64,000 nucleotides of DNA, from assembly GCF_009914755.1 (NCBI RefSeq), contig NC_060929.1, one strand, 5' to 3'. This stretch comes from the human T2T-CHM13v2.0 reference genome, Homo sapiens. Under the pieces are notes generated by a model. That model was given only the letters and a program-made list of their open reading frames with translations. It had not been told where the DNA came from and did no database searches. Made by a program: the position numbers and the translations under genes. Below, piece by piece: positions 14,833 through 28,570 of the stretch (position 1 is its first letter; the number at the start of each line of letters is the position of its first letter).

Positions 14833-15573
14833 ATAACATAAAGTAAATGGTATTTTTTGTATAATTTAAGATAATTACAAGTAATATTATTATCTATCAT
14901 TTGTTCATATATAAAGCTGTTGTGCATATCTATCAAATTTGTGATAGTGGTTGTCTCAGTGTGATTGAAGGCAAATGCTACTAGAAATAGGTGGTCAAAA
15001 AGTGTATCAACTTTAACATCAATATTCTCTTTCATTAAACAAATGAAACTAACAGAAGTTTTATTAAAAATATTTAAAAGAAAACCCTATTACCTCTCTT
15101 GTAAGCCCAATGATTCCTGCCCTAGTGTAATCCCGTTCCCTGGCAAGTAGGAGAGACCTGAGTATTATAATTGACTAAAATTAGTCAAGTAGAATACTTA
15201 ACTAATTAAGGATATTAATTCCATCTGCAAAATCTCTTTACATATAAGATAAAAAATAGTGGAATTGATATCCCATTATATTCTCAGGTCTCTCCTACTT
15301 CCCCCCAAAAAGGAATATCATCCAGAGTAGATATCACCTCCTAATGAGTTGAATCCTTTAAAGTGTAGAGCCTGGAAGGAACAGAAGTGCTCTTCTGCTG
15401 GTATTAAAGAAACAAGTCATCAGTTTCTAACCAAGGAACTGAGTACTGCCAACAACCTTGTGAACTTAAAAGAGTATCTTGAGCCTAAGATAAAACCTCA
15501 GCCCCAGCTGACACCCTGAATACATCCTTGTGAGATCCTAAGCACAGGACTATGGAACTTGCAAGATAGTAAA

Positions 15574-16041
15574 TGTGACGTGCATCCATGTAAAGAGACC
15601 ACCAAACAGGCTTTGTGTGAGCAACAAGGCTCTTTATTTCACGTGGGTGCAGGTGGGCTGAGTCCGAAAAAGGGGTCAGTAAAGGGTGCTGGGACTATCA
15701 TTAGTTCTTACAGGTTTGGGATAGACATACAAAGTACAATCTCAAGGGCAGGGAGAATATTGCAAAATACCGTCTTAAGGGTGGGGGAGAATAGGAGAAT
15801 ATTATTACAAAGTACCTTCTTAATGGGGCTGGGGGAGAATATTACAAAGTACCTTCTTAAGGCAGGGGAGAATATATTGTATCAGTTAGGGTGGGGCAGG
15901 AACAAATCGCATTGGTGGAATGTCATCAGTTAAGGGTATTTTCACTTCTTTTGTGGATCTTCAGTTGCTTCAGGCCATCTGGATGTATACATGCAGGTCA
16001 CAAGGGATATGATGGCTTAGCTTGGGCTCAGAGGCCTGACA
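15574..16041 (-). mobile_element. HERV-H solo LTR (LTR7B/C-like) with 5-bp TSD GTAAA, inserted into an older MLT1
   Basis: Reverse complement begins TGTCAGGCCTCTGAGCCCAAGCTAAGCC; three ~32-bp U3 repeats (ggagaatattacaaagtaccttcttaagg); GTAAA at 15569-73 and 16042-46. Confidence 0.92.
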
Positions 16042-16924
16042 GTAAATACATGTTGCTTTCAGCTCTTAAGTTTGTGGTGATTTGTGAAGCATCAAGACAG
16101 CACTAATGCAACTACTAATGTACCAATGTCTTTCAGTGGAGAAATCCCCCTGGAATGTTGTGATACAGTTTGCTTTTAATATGTTACATGGCCTTAGGCA
16201 AAAGATTTAACTTCTCTAGGCATAAAGAGGTGTTTTCGTGCTAAGTATATCCAAATCCCTTAAAGTTGTAGAGATTTATCCTTCGCTGTAAGAGCTAACA
16301 AAAAAAAAAAAAAAAGAAAGACACAGAGAGAGAGAGAGAACTATTGCCAAGTTTAAAAGAGGTGAGCACTTTCCAAGTATTGATTAGTAGATTAATTCGT
16401 TTACTTATTGGAACATTAATCATTCAAAAAATTTAGAGAGTAGTCAATTAATTTACTCATTCTGTGCTTTAGCAAATATTGTTTGAAAATTTACCACAGA
16501 GGCTAGATGATAAAGATACATTAATAAATAAAGTCACTCCCATTTTTATTGTGATTACTTAACAGTAAATAATACATTAGACGAGCAATAAACCAAACTG
16601 CAGGAAACCTGAGAAGGCTTTCTTCATGAAATGGGAGCTAAACCCACACTGATTGAATAACATTTACAAAGTCAAAAACAGAGGCGTTGAAGAGAACTAG
16701 GGATGCTCCAGGCCGAGAGAACATGGTATGCAAAGATCTGAAGCTGTGGATGAACTTGATAAGATTAAGGAATTACAAACTTTTCTTTGAGTTGATCAAA
16801 CAAGTCAAAGAAAATAATGTGAGAGAGGAAAAATAAACTAAGAGCAGATTATAAAAGGCCTGGTAAACTTTTCAAAAAATATGTGGTTGTTGCCGTAAGC
16901 AGTAGTAATGTTTTTAGATGTGAC

Positions 16925-17312
16925 CTCAGTCAGTTCAGGCTGGTATAACAAAAAAACCATAAACTTGAAGGTGCCTCACAAACAATAGAAAATTATTTTT
17001 CACAATTTTGAAGGTTGGAAATCTGAGATTAGGGGGCCACAATGGTCAAGTTCAGTTGAGTGCCCTCTCCTGGATTGCAGACTGACAAATTCTCATTGAA
17101 TTCTCACATGGCAGGAGAGGAGGTGTTCAGGGGAGAAGAGAGAGCTCTTATTCCTCCTTGTATGGGGCACTAGTCCCGTTCATGAGGATTCTCCCCTCAT
17201 GACCTAATCACCTAATCACGTCCCAAAGGCCACATCTTCTAATGTCAGCATATTGTGGATTGAAATGTTAGCCTATGAGTTTTCAGGGGACACGGACATT
17301 CAATCCATAAGA
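16925..17312 (-). mobile_element. MLT1 (MaLR) LTR
   Basis: gttcaggctggtataacaaaa...ccctcatgacctaatcacct...ggggacacggacattcaatccata. Confidence 0.75.
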
Positions 17313-18402
17313 GATGTTATTCTGACACGTGCTGGTTTTTTTAGTTTGATTTAATGAAGTTTGAACTGTCTCAGACAGTTTGAACTGTGTTACACAGACA
17401 TAAATATGTGTTACACAAGACATAAATATGTCTTGTATGTCTCAGAAAGAAGTCAGTGGTAATGGAGAAGAAAGAGTGCATTAAACAAATATTTAGAAGA
17501 AAAATATATGGAAAACAGTAACAGATTTGATAGTTACTGAATAATCAAGGCAACTGCAATAAAAAAGAAAAAGTTAGAAAATATTAAGTGAATATATAGA
17601 GTTTTTTTTTTCAGTTAGAAAATGCTGAATTTGAAGTACCATTAGAACATTTAAGTCAGAGTTTTCAAAAGTCTTACACAGGGAACACCATCTGTCAACA
17701 ATGTACTTAATAGTTTCCATCAAGGGGCTGAAGATTGAACCACGGAGAACCTTTAGCAATGCTAGGGTTCCAAGAACAGCAAAAGCTAGAACTTAGAATT
17801 TTATGTTCATAACAATTAAAGATTGGCCTCTGACTTTCGTGCCCGGATATTAAATTCAACACCAAGGATCTGGGTTAAATAGAGTCAAATACTTTATTTT
17901 GTCATTATAGGGACAAGACTTTTCAGAATCATTGTGCAGACCTAGGACTTATGTTTTGATGAGCTACTCAAGGAGAAAGTGGCCTCTGTATCTTGAATAA
18001 ACTAGAAAATAAATGAGTATAGTGAAACATGTGGCAACAAAATTTGTGTATGATAATTGTATCAGATCAGTAATGTCTGCTTATATGTTACTCCATGCTA
18101 ACCTGTCTGTAAATATAATGGGTTAAAACAGTGATTTAATGCTGCTCACAATATGTCAGGAATTTAGGATGGGCTCATTTCATCATTCATCTGTTATCTA
18201 CCTGGCATCACATGGGGTGTGTACCCGTCAGGGTTCTGAAGCAGGCAGAGGGTGGTTGATGTTAGAGATCTGACATCAAAAATTGCTTCTTTATTGACAT
18301 ATCTAGTCTCTTGGCTAATATTTCTGTCCACACAATATCTGATATTCCATCTATCCTCCATGTCCTTGTGCTTCTCACATCATGGTGGACACAGGTTATT
18401 CA

Positions 18403-20585
18403 CATTTCTTTTATATTTTATTGTAAATATTGATGGTGTACAGCATGATGCTTTAATATACATACCCATAGTGAAATTATTACTATAGTCAAGCGAATTA
18501 ACATATCCATCTCTTCACAATTACCACCATTTATTTTGGTGGTAGCACACCTGAAATCTACTCTCCTAGGAATTCATTGGTACACAATGCACTATTCTTA
18601 ACTACAGCCATCATGCTGTACCTTCGATTACTCAACTTATTCATCATACGTAACTGCAATTTTGGATCCTTTGACCTGTGTCTCCTCATTTCCTCCTTCT
18701 CTTTACTCCTGGTGTCTTAGTCTGTTCTGTATTTCTGTAACAGAATACCTGACAATAGGTAATTTATAAAGACCAGAAATTTATTGGTTTGCAACTCTGG
18801 AGACTGGAAAGTCCAAGATTGAGGGCTTGCATCTGACAGGGCCTTCTTGCTACATTATAACATTGCTGATGGTACACATAGCAAGAGATGGAGAAAGGGG
18901 GCTGCATTTATCCTTCATAAGGACCTTACTCTTGAGATAAAAAATTCAGTTCTGCAACAATGGTATTAATCTGTTAATGAGGACAAAGACTCTGTGATCT
19001 AATCACCCCTAAAATCCCACCTCTTAACAGCATTGAGGATTAAGTTTCCTACACATGAACTTTAAGGGACATATTCATAGAATGTCACTTATTAACCATG
19101 GTTCCACTCTCTGTCTGTTTCTATGGATTGGATACTTTTAGATACCATATAAGTGAGATCATGTAGTTTTTGTCTTTCTGTACCTGTGTTATTTCAATTA
19201 ACATAATGTTCTCTAGGTTGATCTGTGTTGTTGCAAATGACAGCATTTCTTTCTTTGTAAAGGCTGACTAGTATCCCATTATATATATATACACACACAC
19301 ACACATATATATATACATATATACACACACATATATACACACACACACACACACACACCACATTTTCTTTCTGTATTTATTAGTTGATGTACACTTAGGT
19401 TGATTCTGTATCTTGGCTATTGTGAATAATGTTGCAATGAACATGGGAACTTAGAAATCTCCACAAAGTACTGATCTCATTTCCTTTGAATGTATACCCA
19501 GAAAAGGGATTACTGGTTCACATGTTAGTTTTATTTTTTATTTTGTAAGAAACCTTCATATTATTTTTCGTGAGTGTACAAGGGTACCCTTTTCCCCACA
19601 CTCTTGCCAACATTAATTTATAGGGCTTTTTAAAAGTAATAGCCATGCTAACAGATGTAACACGACATCTCATGTACTTTTGTTTGCATTTCTTTGGTGA
19701 TTTGTAATGTTGAACAGATTTTCATCTGTCTGTTGGCCATTTTTATGCCTTCTTTAAAAAAAGTCTATTCTGGTTTTTTGCACAATTTTTGAGGTTTTTA
19801 TTGCTTTAAAACATTAATAAAAAATTGGAGAATACACAAATAAATGGAAAGGTCTCTTATATTCATGGGTTAAAAAGATTAATATTCTTGAAAGTCCATA
19901 CTACCCAAAGCAATCTCTATCAAAATTCCAATGACAGTTTTTAATTTAAATAAATTTAAAAGTTACATGGAGCCACAAAAGACCCTGAGTAGCCAATACT
20001 ATTTTAAGAAAAAAGAAAAAAGTTGGAGTTATCACACTTTCTGATTTCAGGTTATATTACACAGTTACAGTAATCAATATAATATTACACAGTTACAGTA
20101 ATCAATATAATATGGCACTGACATAAAAAAAAGACACTAGAAAAAATGGAACAGAATAATAGCCCCCAAATAAACATAAGCTTATTATACAGTCTACTAA
20201 TTTACAACAAAGGCCCAAGGAAACACGATATGGAAATAATAGTCTCTTCAGTAAATGGTGCTGGGAAAACTGAATATTCACCCACAAAAGAATAAAATTG
20301 AATACATATCTTACACCAAGCACAAAAAATGAACTCAAAATAATTAAAGTCCTAAACATAAGACTTGGAATATATTCCTAGAAGAAAACATAGGGAAAAA
20401 GCTCCTCAATGTTGATCTGGGAGACGATTTCTTTGACTACTACACCCAAAGCATAAGCAACAAAACAAAAAAAATAAAACCAGTGATAATACAACAAGAT
20501 AACTTTGCAAGTCAAAGGAAACAGTCAAAACAAAAAGTCTACAGATTGCCAGAAAATATTTGTAAACCACGTATCCAATTAGGGG
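18403..20585. mobile_element. L1MA-like element: 3' part on - strand (18403-19790), inverted ORF2 part on + strand (19820-20585); contains a MaLR LTR (~18712-19085) and a (TA)n(CA)n tract (19280-19358)
   Basis: Recognisable L1 3'UTR/ORF2 sequence switches strand at ~19800. Confidence 0.75.
20054..20113. repeat. Perfect 28-bp tandem duplication
   Basis: atattacacagttacagtaatcaatata twice, plus atat. Confidence 0.95.
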
Positions 20586-20723
20586 AAAACTTTAAAGAAT
20601 CTAGTCATATTTCTATGGAGGCTACTTTCTCAAAAACTGGCTTTGAGAGGGTGAAAGGGAAAAAGACTAATTCACAGAAGTTTAATAAATAAATATAAAT
20701 TGAATACATAAGTATATATGTAA

Positions 20724-21098
<375 letters not shown>

Positions 21099-22865
21099 TG
21101 AGTCTAATCATTTTCAATAATTAATAGCAGAGAATACAAATGATAGAAACCCTCAAAAAACAGAGATACTTTGCTATGAAAAGATCATCATATAAAAGTA
21201 GTATCAGTTTCCAAAACAGTGTTAAAATTAAAAACAGAGAGTATAATTTGTAAACACCTGGACTAGAGATACAGGATTGTTTTAAAAGGTAGAGCCAGAT
21301 AAGTGAATTCTGAGGCACGTTCACATTGATTAATTCATCACCATACACATGCATCATTCCTCTTCTTGTCTCTAATTATGTGTATTTCTCCATGGGAATT
21401 GCCCAACCTTAATTTAACTGACTTCTGTTAGCCACAAAAATAAATGACAGTGCCTATCAACTGATGGCCTGAAGCCAGTGTATATGCCAATATGTACTGT
21501 ACAATCTATCCTTAGGTTGCCATATTACATCTACTGTTTGTCTTTGGTGCTCCTTCCTAAGCTCATTTTTATTTTGTATTTGACTTTGATTTTGGCACAG
21601 ATGGCAAGACTGAAATTTCTATTCTTGATCAGTCACAAATGGTAAATTGTTATTTACTTCAGATGAGTAATTTCACTTATTTAATAGATAACAGAAAGTT
21701 ACTCAATTTATTTTAAAAAGTGACAATTTCTTAGCTGTGTTAAGAACACTTCATTGATGTGAGAAAAATTTATGTGTGCAGTGAAAACCATTATTTCCCT
21801 AAGGTTATCTAGATGAAAGCTGCCTTATCATTCACTCAAAACAGTGTCTTTCCAAAGTGCTACTGCAAACACTTCAGGTATTAAATAAATTGTTAACCAT
21901 TGTTCTGTAGTTGATTTCTAGATACTCTTGTCTGTAGTGACAGAATATATGCTATCATCTATATGAAATTCTGCTGAGAGATCACTAATAATATTTCATT
22001 GCATTATTCTCCTTTGCATTATTGCATCTTGTTACCTGTGGCCATAAACACATGCACACATTCTTACAGTCTATTGCAAACTGTAAAGCAAAACGTTTCA
22101 AAAATATGCAGGTGCTTTGTAATCTAAGTGCTTCATCAATGATGAAAGTAAGTAACCAAGAGCAAGCTGAGATCTTTCAATTCTCAGAAGCTTCTCAGTT
22201 TTATGGTGAAATGAAAGTGGAATCATAAGAAGAGGTTGTAATATATGCAACCAACTCATTCTATTTACATATTTTTCAGCTCTGCTAACAGATGATCAAG
22301 TGTAAATACATAGTGAATTTTCTGCTTCTTTTCCTTCAGCAAGAACTATATACATAAATTTTCTAAACTAAAAATGAAAATGTCAGTATGCATTTGCTTA
22401 AGATAAATATACCTTCTTCAGAATGCACTGATGACTTGTTATTTCCATAATCCAAAATGGGTTTTATTATATCCTAACCTCTTTAGGCAATATACATTTA
22501 TTGAGGTTTTCATTAGAAGATATTCTACACCTAGAGACTGAGTATTAAGTCAAACCTAGCATTAAATAAGCTAGTCTTTTAAGGGGGCTGGAATTACTAA
22601 ATCTTATGAACATCCACACAAATATCAACACTATTTTTTTGTCCTTATACTTACTGCATATTCATTATCATGCTTATTCTCATCTACTATCAGAATGACA
22701 CATTGTGTGTGTGGGTATATATGTAATTCTTACCTGCATATCCATCTAATTTTCATGAGAGCAGAGACTGTTATAACCTTTCTTTATGAAGTTTTTTTTT
22801 TTTTAATTTGATGTAAACATTGTCTTGAAGACCCAATGACAAAGTGAATTTAAAGTGGTAGTATA

Positions 22866-23002
22866 TAGTCCCAGCTACTCAGGAGGCTGAGGTGAGACAT
22901 TCATTTGGGCCTAGCAGGTGGAATCTGCAGTGAGCCATGATTGTGCTGCCATACTCCAGCCTGGGTGGCAGAGTGAGACCCTGTGTCAAAATAATAAAAT
23001 AA
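22866..23002 (+). mobile_element. Alu right-arm fragment (AluJ/FRAM-like)
   Basis: tagtcccagctactcaggaggctgagg...gagaccctgtgtcaaaa. Confidence 0.8.
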
Positions 23003-24789
23003 AGTCATAGTAAATTTAGTGTAATTGATGGATTATAGCTCTTTCTTTTGGTAGACCATAGTCATATCCATTTGGCTTAACCTAATTTTAGCTGTAGCTG
23101 GTCAATTCCATAACATTTCTGCCTTATATTGATAATGTCACCTGGAATACACACTATATGTCTCATTTTCAGTCACAGGGCTTTCTTTGAAACAATGCAA
23201 GCCTACTGAGGCACAACTTGAAACTATGTAAGACTTAATATTTTTAGCGATAAGCCTCAATTGATATGTGCTGTAGTAGATGGGTAAATGCTCTAGTCTT
23301 CTGTTCTTTGTATGAACAAATATGAAGGACATAAGCATGTTTCTCGGTCATTGCTAGAGAATAGAGTCTCATGAATTAAATAGCAGTAACATTGATGTTG
23401 AGCAATTATATTGCTTTTTTTCTGCTTGCCTCTTTTCTAAGATTGCCTTTCAAATGGTCTTTTGGCATCCTCATTTCTTGTTTTACTTTTTGCTTTGAAT
23501 GCTGTGTCAGTATGGAAACAAAATCATTGAAGAAAATCAATACGATTTGTTTTTTAGATCTGGAACCTATTTTTAACTTTAAGCATTGCAAGGAAAGTTC
23601 ACAACTTCTGATTTATTTGCATAATTGTGATTTGTATGCAGATTTCTACAAAATGTACAGTTATTTTAATTGCAGTATTTTACTGTACATCTATAGATAT
23701 ACTTTTAAATCCTTAAAATAGTTACTTATTTACTATACTCATTTATATACTATTGTATTTGTTGCTTAAGAGAAGTAAATCAGCATGCCAACTGGAGGAA
23801 AGGGCATTGAAAAATTTCAACTTTATGACTTGTTAGAAAAATTGGAAACTACGTATTTCTCTTTTAAATTTAGAAAATGTATAGAGATGTACCTGGAATT
23901 AGTCTTTATATTTTTATTAAACTTAAATAGTATAAAATATGAATAGGCTAAAAAGGGCTTCAGTATTATCAAATAATTTCAGAGCTAACATTTTGTATCA
24001 TGATGCAGACAAGATAACCAAATAATATGGCTAGGCAACTCTGACAGATGTAACAGGGAAATTGAGTCTGAGGGAATGTACATGCACATGCGCACACACA
24101 CATACATGCACGTTTTGAGAAACTTCATGGTGGATGAAGTGAGTTATGATGCCGGCCTCATCAGGTAGACAGAAGTCTTTCTTTCTTTCTCTTCTCATGG
24201 AAATTACATTTTTAATTTTTTGAGTAATCACTGTATTGTTTTCCATAGTGGCTATACCAAGTTTACATTCCCACCTACAGTGTACAAGGGATCCCTTTTC
24301 TCCACATTTTCATCAACATTAAATATTGAGCAGCAGAAAAAAAAGGGAAAATGTGAAGGCAACTTAGTAAGGCACTGGAGATTTTGGTGGACATTATAAA
24401 AACTAAGAGAGAGAGATTTAAGGGGAGGATGATATAATCATCTACTCAGAAATCCCAACATGATTAACTTACAAAATATTGAAATAAATGACAAGCTCAG
24501 CAATTATTTCAGATACAAAATTAATTATAAAAAGTCAGCAGTGATGTTTTCATCTCAGCAAAACCTACTAGAAAATGTAATATAAATTAATATATATTTA
24601 TAGTAGCAAAGAAGGTCTATAAATTAGCTGAAAGTTAATGGTAAGTAATGCATAGGCTTCATACAAAAAATATAAACGTCTATGAAAGATATAACAGAAC
24701 ATATGAAAAATCAAACGTACAATATGAACACAGACAAAATGACCTAGCACTTTAAAGGTATTAAAATCTGTTTGTAGTGTTAACCAAAA

Positions 24790-25062
24790 AATGACTGGAG
24801 CAGGTGTCTTAATTGATAGAGGTTGATTTAAGCAAAGTTCGAGGCATTTCTTTCCAAGCAATTTGTGAGGGAGCCCATCTGGGGAGTTATGTGGCCTTCT
24901 GTGTTGTGGGAACATGGCTTATGGATGGGGCTGTGACACAGGGTTGTAAAATTACAGCTATTTGGGAAGAAAAGGAAGGCAGTGTTGCATGACTCAGTTC
25001 CCAAGCTTAACTTTCCCTTTGGCATAGTGAGTTTGGGGTCCCAAGATTATATTTTCTGTCAC
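24790..25062 (-). mobile_element. MER4-family ERV1 LTR fragment
   Basis: Reverse complement tgtgacagaaaatataatcttgggaccccaaactcactatgccaaagggaaagttaagcttgggaactgagtca. Confidence 0.7.
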
Positions 25063-25476
25063 AGCATCAGTCCATAAACAATATACATGTCACCAAAATT
25101 AACCCTGGGAACTTGGTACAAAATTATATTTGAGGAAATGTCTATGAATAGTTAAGTCAATTTTGAAATAGAGCAAAAATTGTGGACTCTGTATATAAGA
25201 TATTAAGAAATACTATAAAAGTATATCAATGAAAAACAATGTGGTATTGGCACAGGAAAAGAAAAATAGACCAACAGAACAGAATAGAGAATACCAAAGA
25301 AAACTACGCATATGTGAGAATCTAACATAAAATTAAAAGTGCACAAATTAATAAGAGTGAATTATTTAAGAGATGTCATTATCAAAAATGGTTCTCAGTA
25401 AAGAGAAAAGTAGGTTGGATTTTACACCTCAAATGAAGGTTGGGTTACTAGTGTAATAATAATTAAATATGACAGG

Positions 25477-25840
25477 TAACATGGTTTGGCTGTGTCCCCA
25501 CCCAAATCTCATTTCAAATTAATGTGTCCCATAATTCCCATGTGTCATAGGAGGAATCCAGAGGGAGCTAATTGAATCACAGAGGTGGTTTCCCCTACAC
25601 TGTTCTCATGGTAGTGAATAAGTCGCACAATAGCTGATGATTTTATAAAGGGTTTCTACTTTTGCTTGGCTCTCATTCTCTCTTTGCCTGCCTCCGTGTA
25701 AGACATGCCTTTCACCTTCCGCCATGATTGTGAGGCCTCTTCAGTTTTGTGGAAACATGAGACCGTTAAATCTCTTTTTTGTTATAAATTACCCAGTCTT
25801 GGGTATGTCTTTATCAGCAGCATGAAAACAAACTAATACA
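25477..25840 (+). mobile_element. THE1 (B/C-like) solo LTR
   Basis: atggtttggctgtgtccccacccaaatctc...gggtatgtctttatcagcagcatgaaaacaaactaataca; flanks acagg/acaga. Confidence 0.88.
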
Positions 25841-26479
25841 ACAGATAAAATAAATTTTGGACAGCATTTTTAAAAAAAATACAAGACGCAAAAAGTGTGA
25901 AATAGAAGGTATATATATTGATATACTCAATTAAATCAAAATTTAGGGTTTCTGTGCCAGAACGAGGGAAATGATCTTATGACATTATGAAAAAATTATC
26001 AAACTCATTAGCAATGAAAGATCATGATTATAAACAGCACTAAATAATTTTTAAAAATCAGATTGTCCACAATATGCTTGTGAGAATGTAGGGCAATGCA
26101 AATTCATGTGTACTGCTGATGCACATTCTTAATCCAGTCATTGTTTCTTAGTCCATGTTTTACTCTATTTATCAGCAGTTTTTTGTTAGACTGTGTCCAA
26201 GACAACACACACTTACTTTTCTTTCAGTCTCAATGGCTATTTTGTTTGCTGGCAAACTTCATCCTTTTCATTTGGGATTACCTCAATGTTCAATCTTTGG
26301 ACCTCCTATATTCTTTATCTAGGTACTTTGCCTCTGTAATCTCATCTAATCCTTTGCTTTAAGTACTGTCTTTTTACTAATGGCTCACATATTTAAATGA
26401 TCTGTGGGATCTCTTCCTGAATTCAGGATATATATATTCACTTTCTAATTTTAGATCTCTATGTGTATGGCTAGTAGAG

Positions 26480-26830
26480 ATTTACAACTGTTCAGTTTAT
26501 GATGTTTTGATTTTATGATGGTGTGAAAGTGATACATGTTCAGTAGAACTTGTACTATGGGTACCCATAACCATTCTGTTTTTTGCTTTTAGTACAGTAT
26601 TCAATAAATTACATGAGCTACTCAACACTTTATTAGAAAATAGGTTTGTGGTAGATAATATTGTCTAACTGTAGACTAATAGACGTGTTCTGAGTATGTT
26701 TAATTTAGGCTAGGCTAGGCTATAGTGTTCGTTAGGTTAGGTGTGTTAAATGTATTTTCCACTTATGATATTTTCAACTTACGATAGACTTTTTGAGAAA
26801 TAATCCCATCATAAATGAAGGGGCATCTGC
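26480..26830 (-). mobile_element. Tigger-family non-autonomous element (MER47-like)
   Basis: aggctaggctaggctat..gttcgttaggttaggtgt...gatattttcaacttacgat...ggggcatctg. Confidence 0.7.
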
Positions 26831-27720
26831 AGTAATCTCAAAGTTAGCATACCCAAAAGTTAACTTCTTCAACCCTCTTCACACACTCTGCAATATATGC
26901 ACTATTCATTGGTCTTTCTTTAGTTACTGCTCAAAAATATTCGAGTCATATTTTTCTGATACCCCACATTACATCTTTCGAAGATTCTCTTGGATCAAAT
27001 TTTGAAATATATTTAGAATTTAATCACTTTCCATTTTCTACTAAAATCATACTTTCCATGCTACAATGATTTTATTCCTCTACTATTAAAATGGCCTCCT
27101 ATTGCATTCTCCTATATCCACCATCTTCATTGTACAACATATTCTCAACACAGCAGCTTTATTGATGTTGTTGATAGAAGAGTCAGAAGATGTAACTTTT
27201 CTGCTCGAACTCCACCAGTGACTCTTCATGTCTTTCTAAGTAAAAGCCTACAAGGCTCCACACATTCTTCCACCTTCTCCAGTATTCTTGTATTTCACTT
27301 CTACATTGGGTCACTCTGCTTCAGCCACATCAGCTTATATCTGTCATTTGAACATTAAGCTATATTTCCACCACAGGGCTTTTGAAATGTCTGTTCCATG
27401 TGCCAGGAATGTTCCCTTCCATATATCAGCATGAATCCATCAAGTCTCCGGTCAAACTATAGGAGGCATAATATGAACACCCTTCCTCTTATATTCCAGG
27501 ACTTCCAAAACCTTCTCTACTACTTTTATGGCTCTTGTAACATTATAATAAATATTGAAACTTAATTATGTTTAATGTTTTTATACACTTATTAATATGT
27601 GAGTCTTCCTAAAGCAGTTTCTTTCTTTTTAAGAATATTTGTTCCAGAAGTATTCCTAGCACTAATAATTATGCCTGGAACATAGTAGGGTACTTATAAA
27701 TATTTAGTGTATGAATGGAA
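26830..27720 (+). mobile_element. L2 fragments
   Basis: cacagggcttttg...ggaatgttccc and 3' end cctggaacatagtagg..cttataaatatttagtg.atgaatg. Confidence 0.6.
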
Positions 27721-28294
27721 TGTGGGTTGATGTTTCATTTATTCTAATAAAATAAAATGTATTTTTGCCATTTGATCCAGATGTATTGATCTCTAATACA
27801 TATCCTAGAAAATTCTCATAAGGAGAAATACAGGATTATTTTATTGTAACATATTTTGCAAGACAAGGAATTGGAGATAATTGTAAGATTTACAAACTAT
27901 CTCTTCCTCTCTCTCTCTTTTTTAATATCTAAATAGATACATAGGTAGATAGATGAGATAGAGATACATAGATAGAGATAGATTGGACAGATAGAGGAAA
28001 GCATATCACATGGGTGACTCACAAAATTAGTAAAAGAGTAGGGTTGGGATGATGGACTATTGCTGTAGATTATTTTTATTTTAAAGAGAATACTACATAA
28101 TTTGCAAAGATACTGTCAAGTTCAGTATTTATAGCATGAAGATTGAGTAAATGTTGGAAACATAAGAACAAAAATAAAAATACAAAATAAAACAAGAGGA
28201 GGACCTCATATGAACAAGTAATCAGAATAGGCTATGAATGGATAAATTAGATTGGTATATAAGGAAATAATGAAATAGAATAGCACACTCCCTC

Positions 28295-28570
28295 GGCTGG
28301 AGTGCAGTGAAGCCATCATACCTCACTGTAGTATCAAACTTCTGGGCTCAAGTGATCCTCCCACCTCTGCCTCCCAAGAAGCTAAGACTACAGGCATGTG
28401 ACACAATGCCCATCTAATTTTTTAATTTTTTAATTAGTTTTTTTTTTTTTTGTAGAGTTGTTGTCTTACTTTGCCATCCCGGCTGTTCTGAAACTCTTGA
28501 CTTCAAATGATCCTCAAGCCTTGGTCTGCCAAATTGCTAGGATTGCGGGCATGAGCCACCATGCCCAGCC
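28295..28570 (-). mobile_element. AluJ
   Basis: ggctcaagtgatcctcccacct (J-type) two-arm sequence. Confidence 0.85.
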
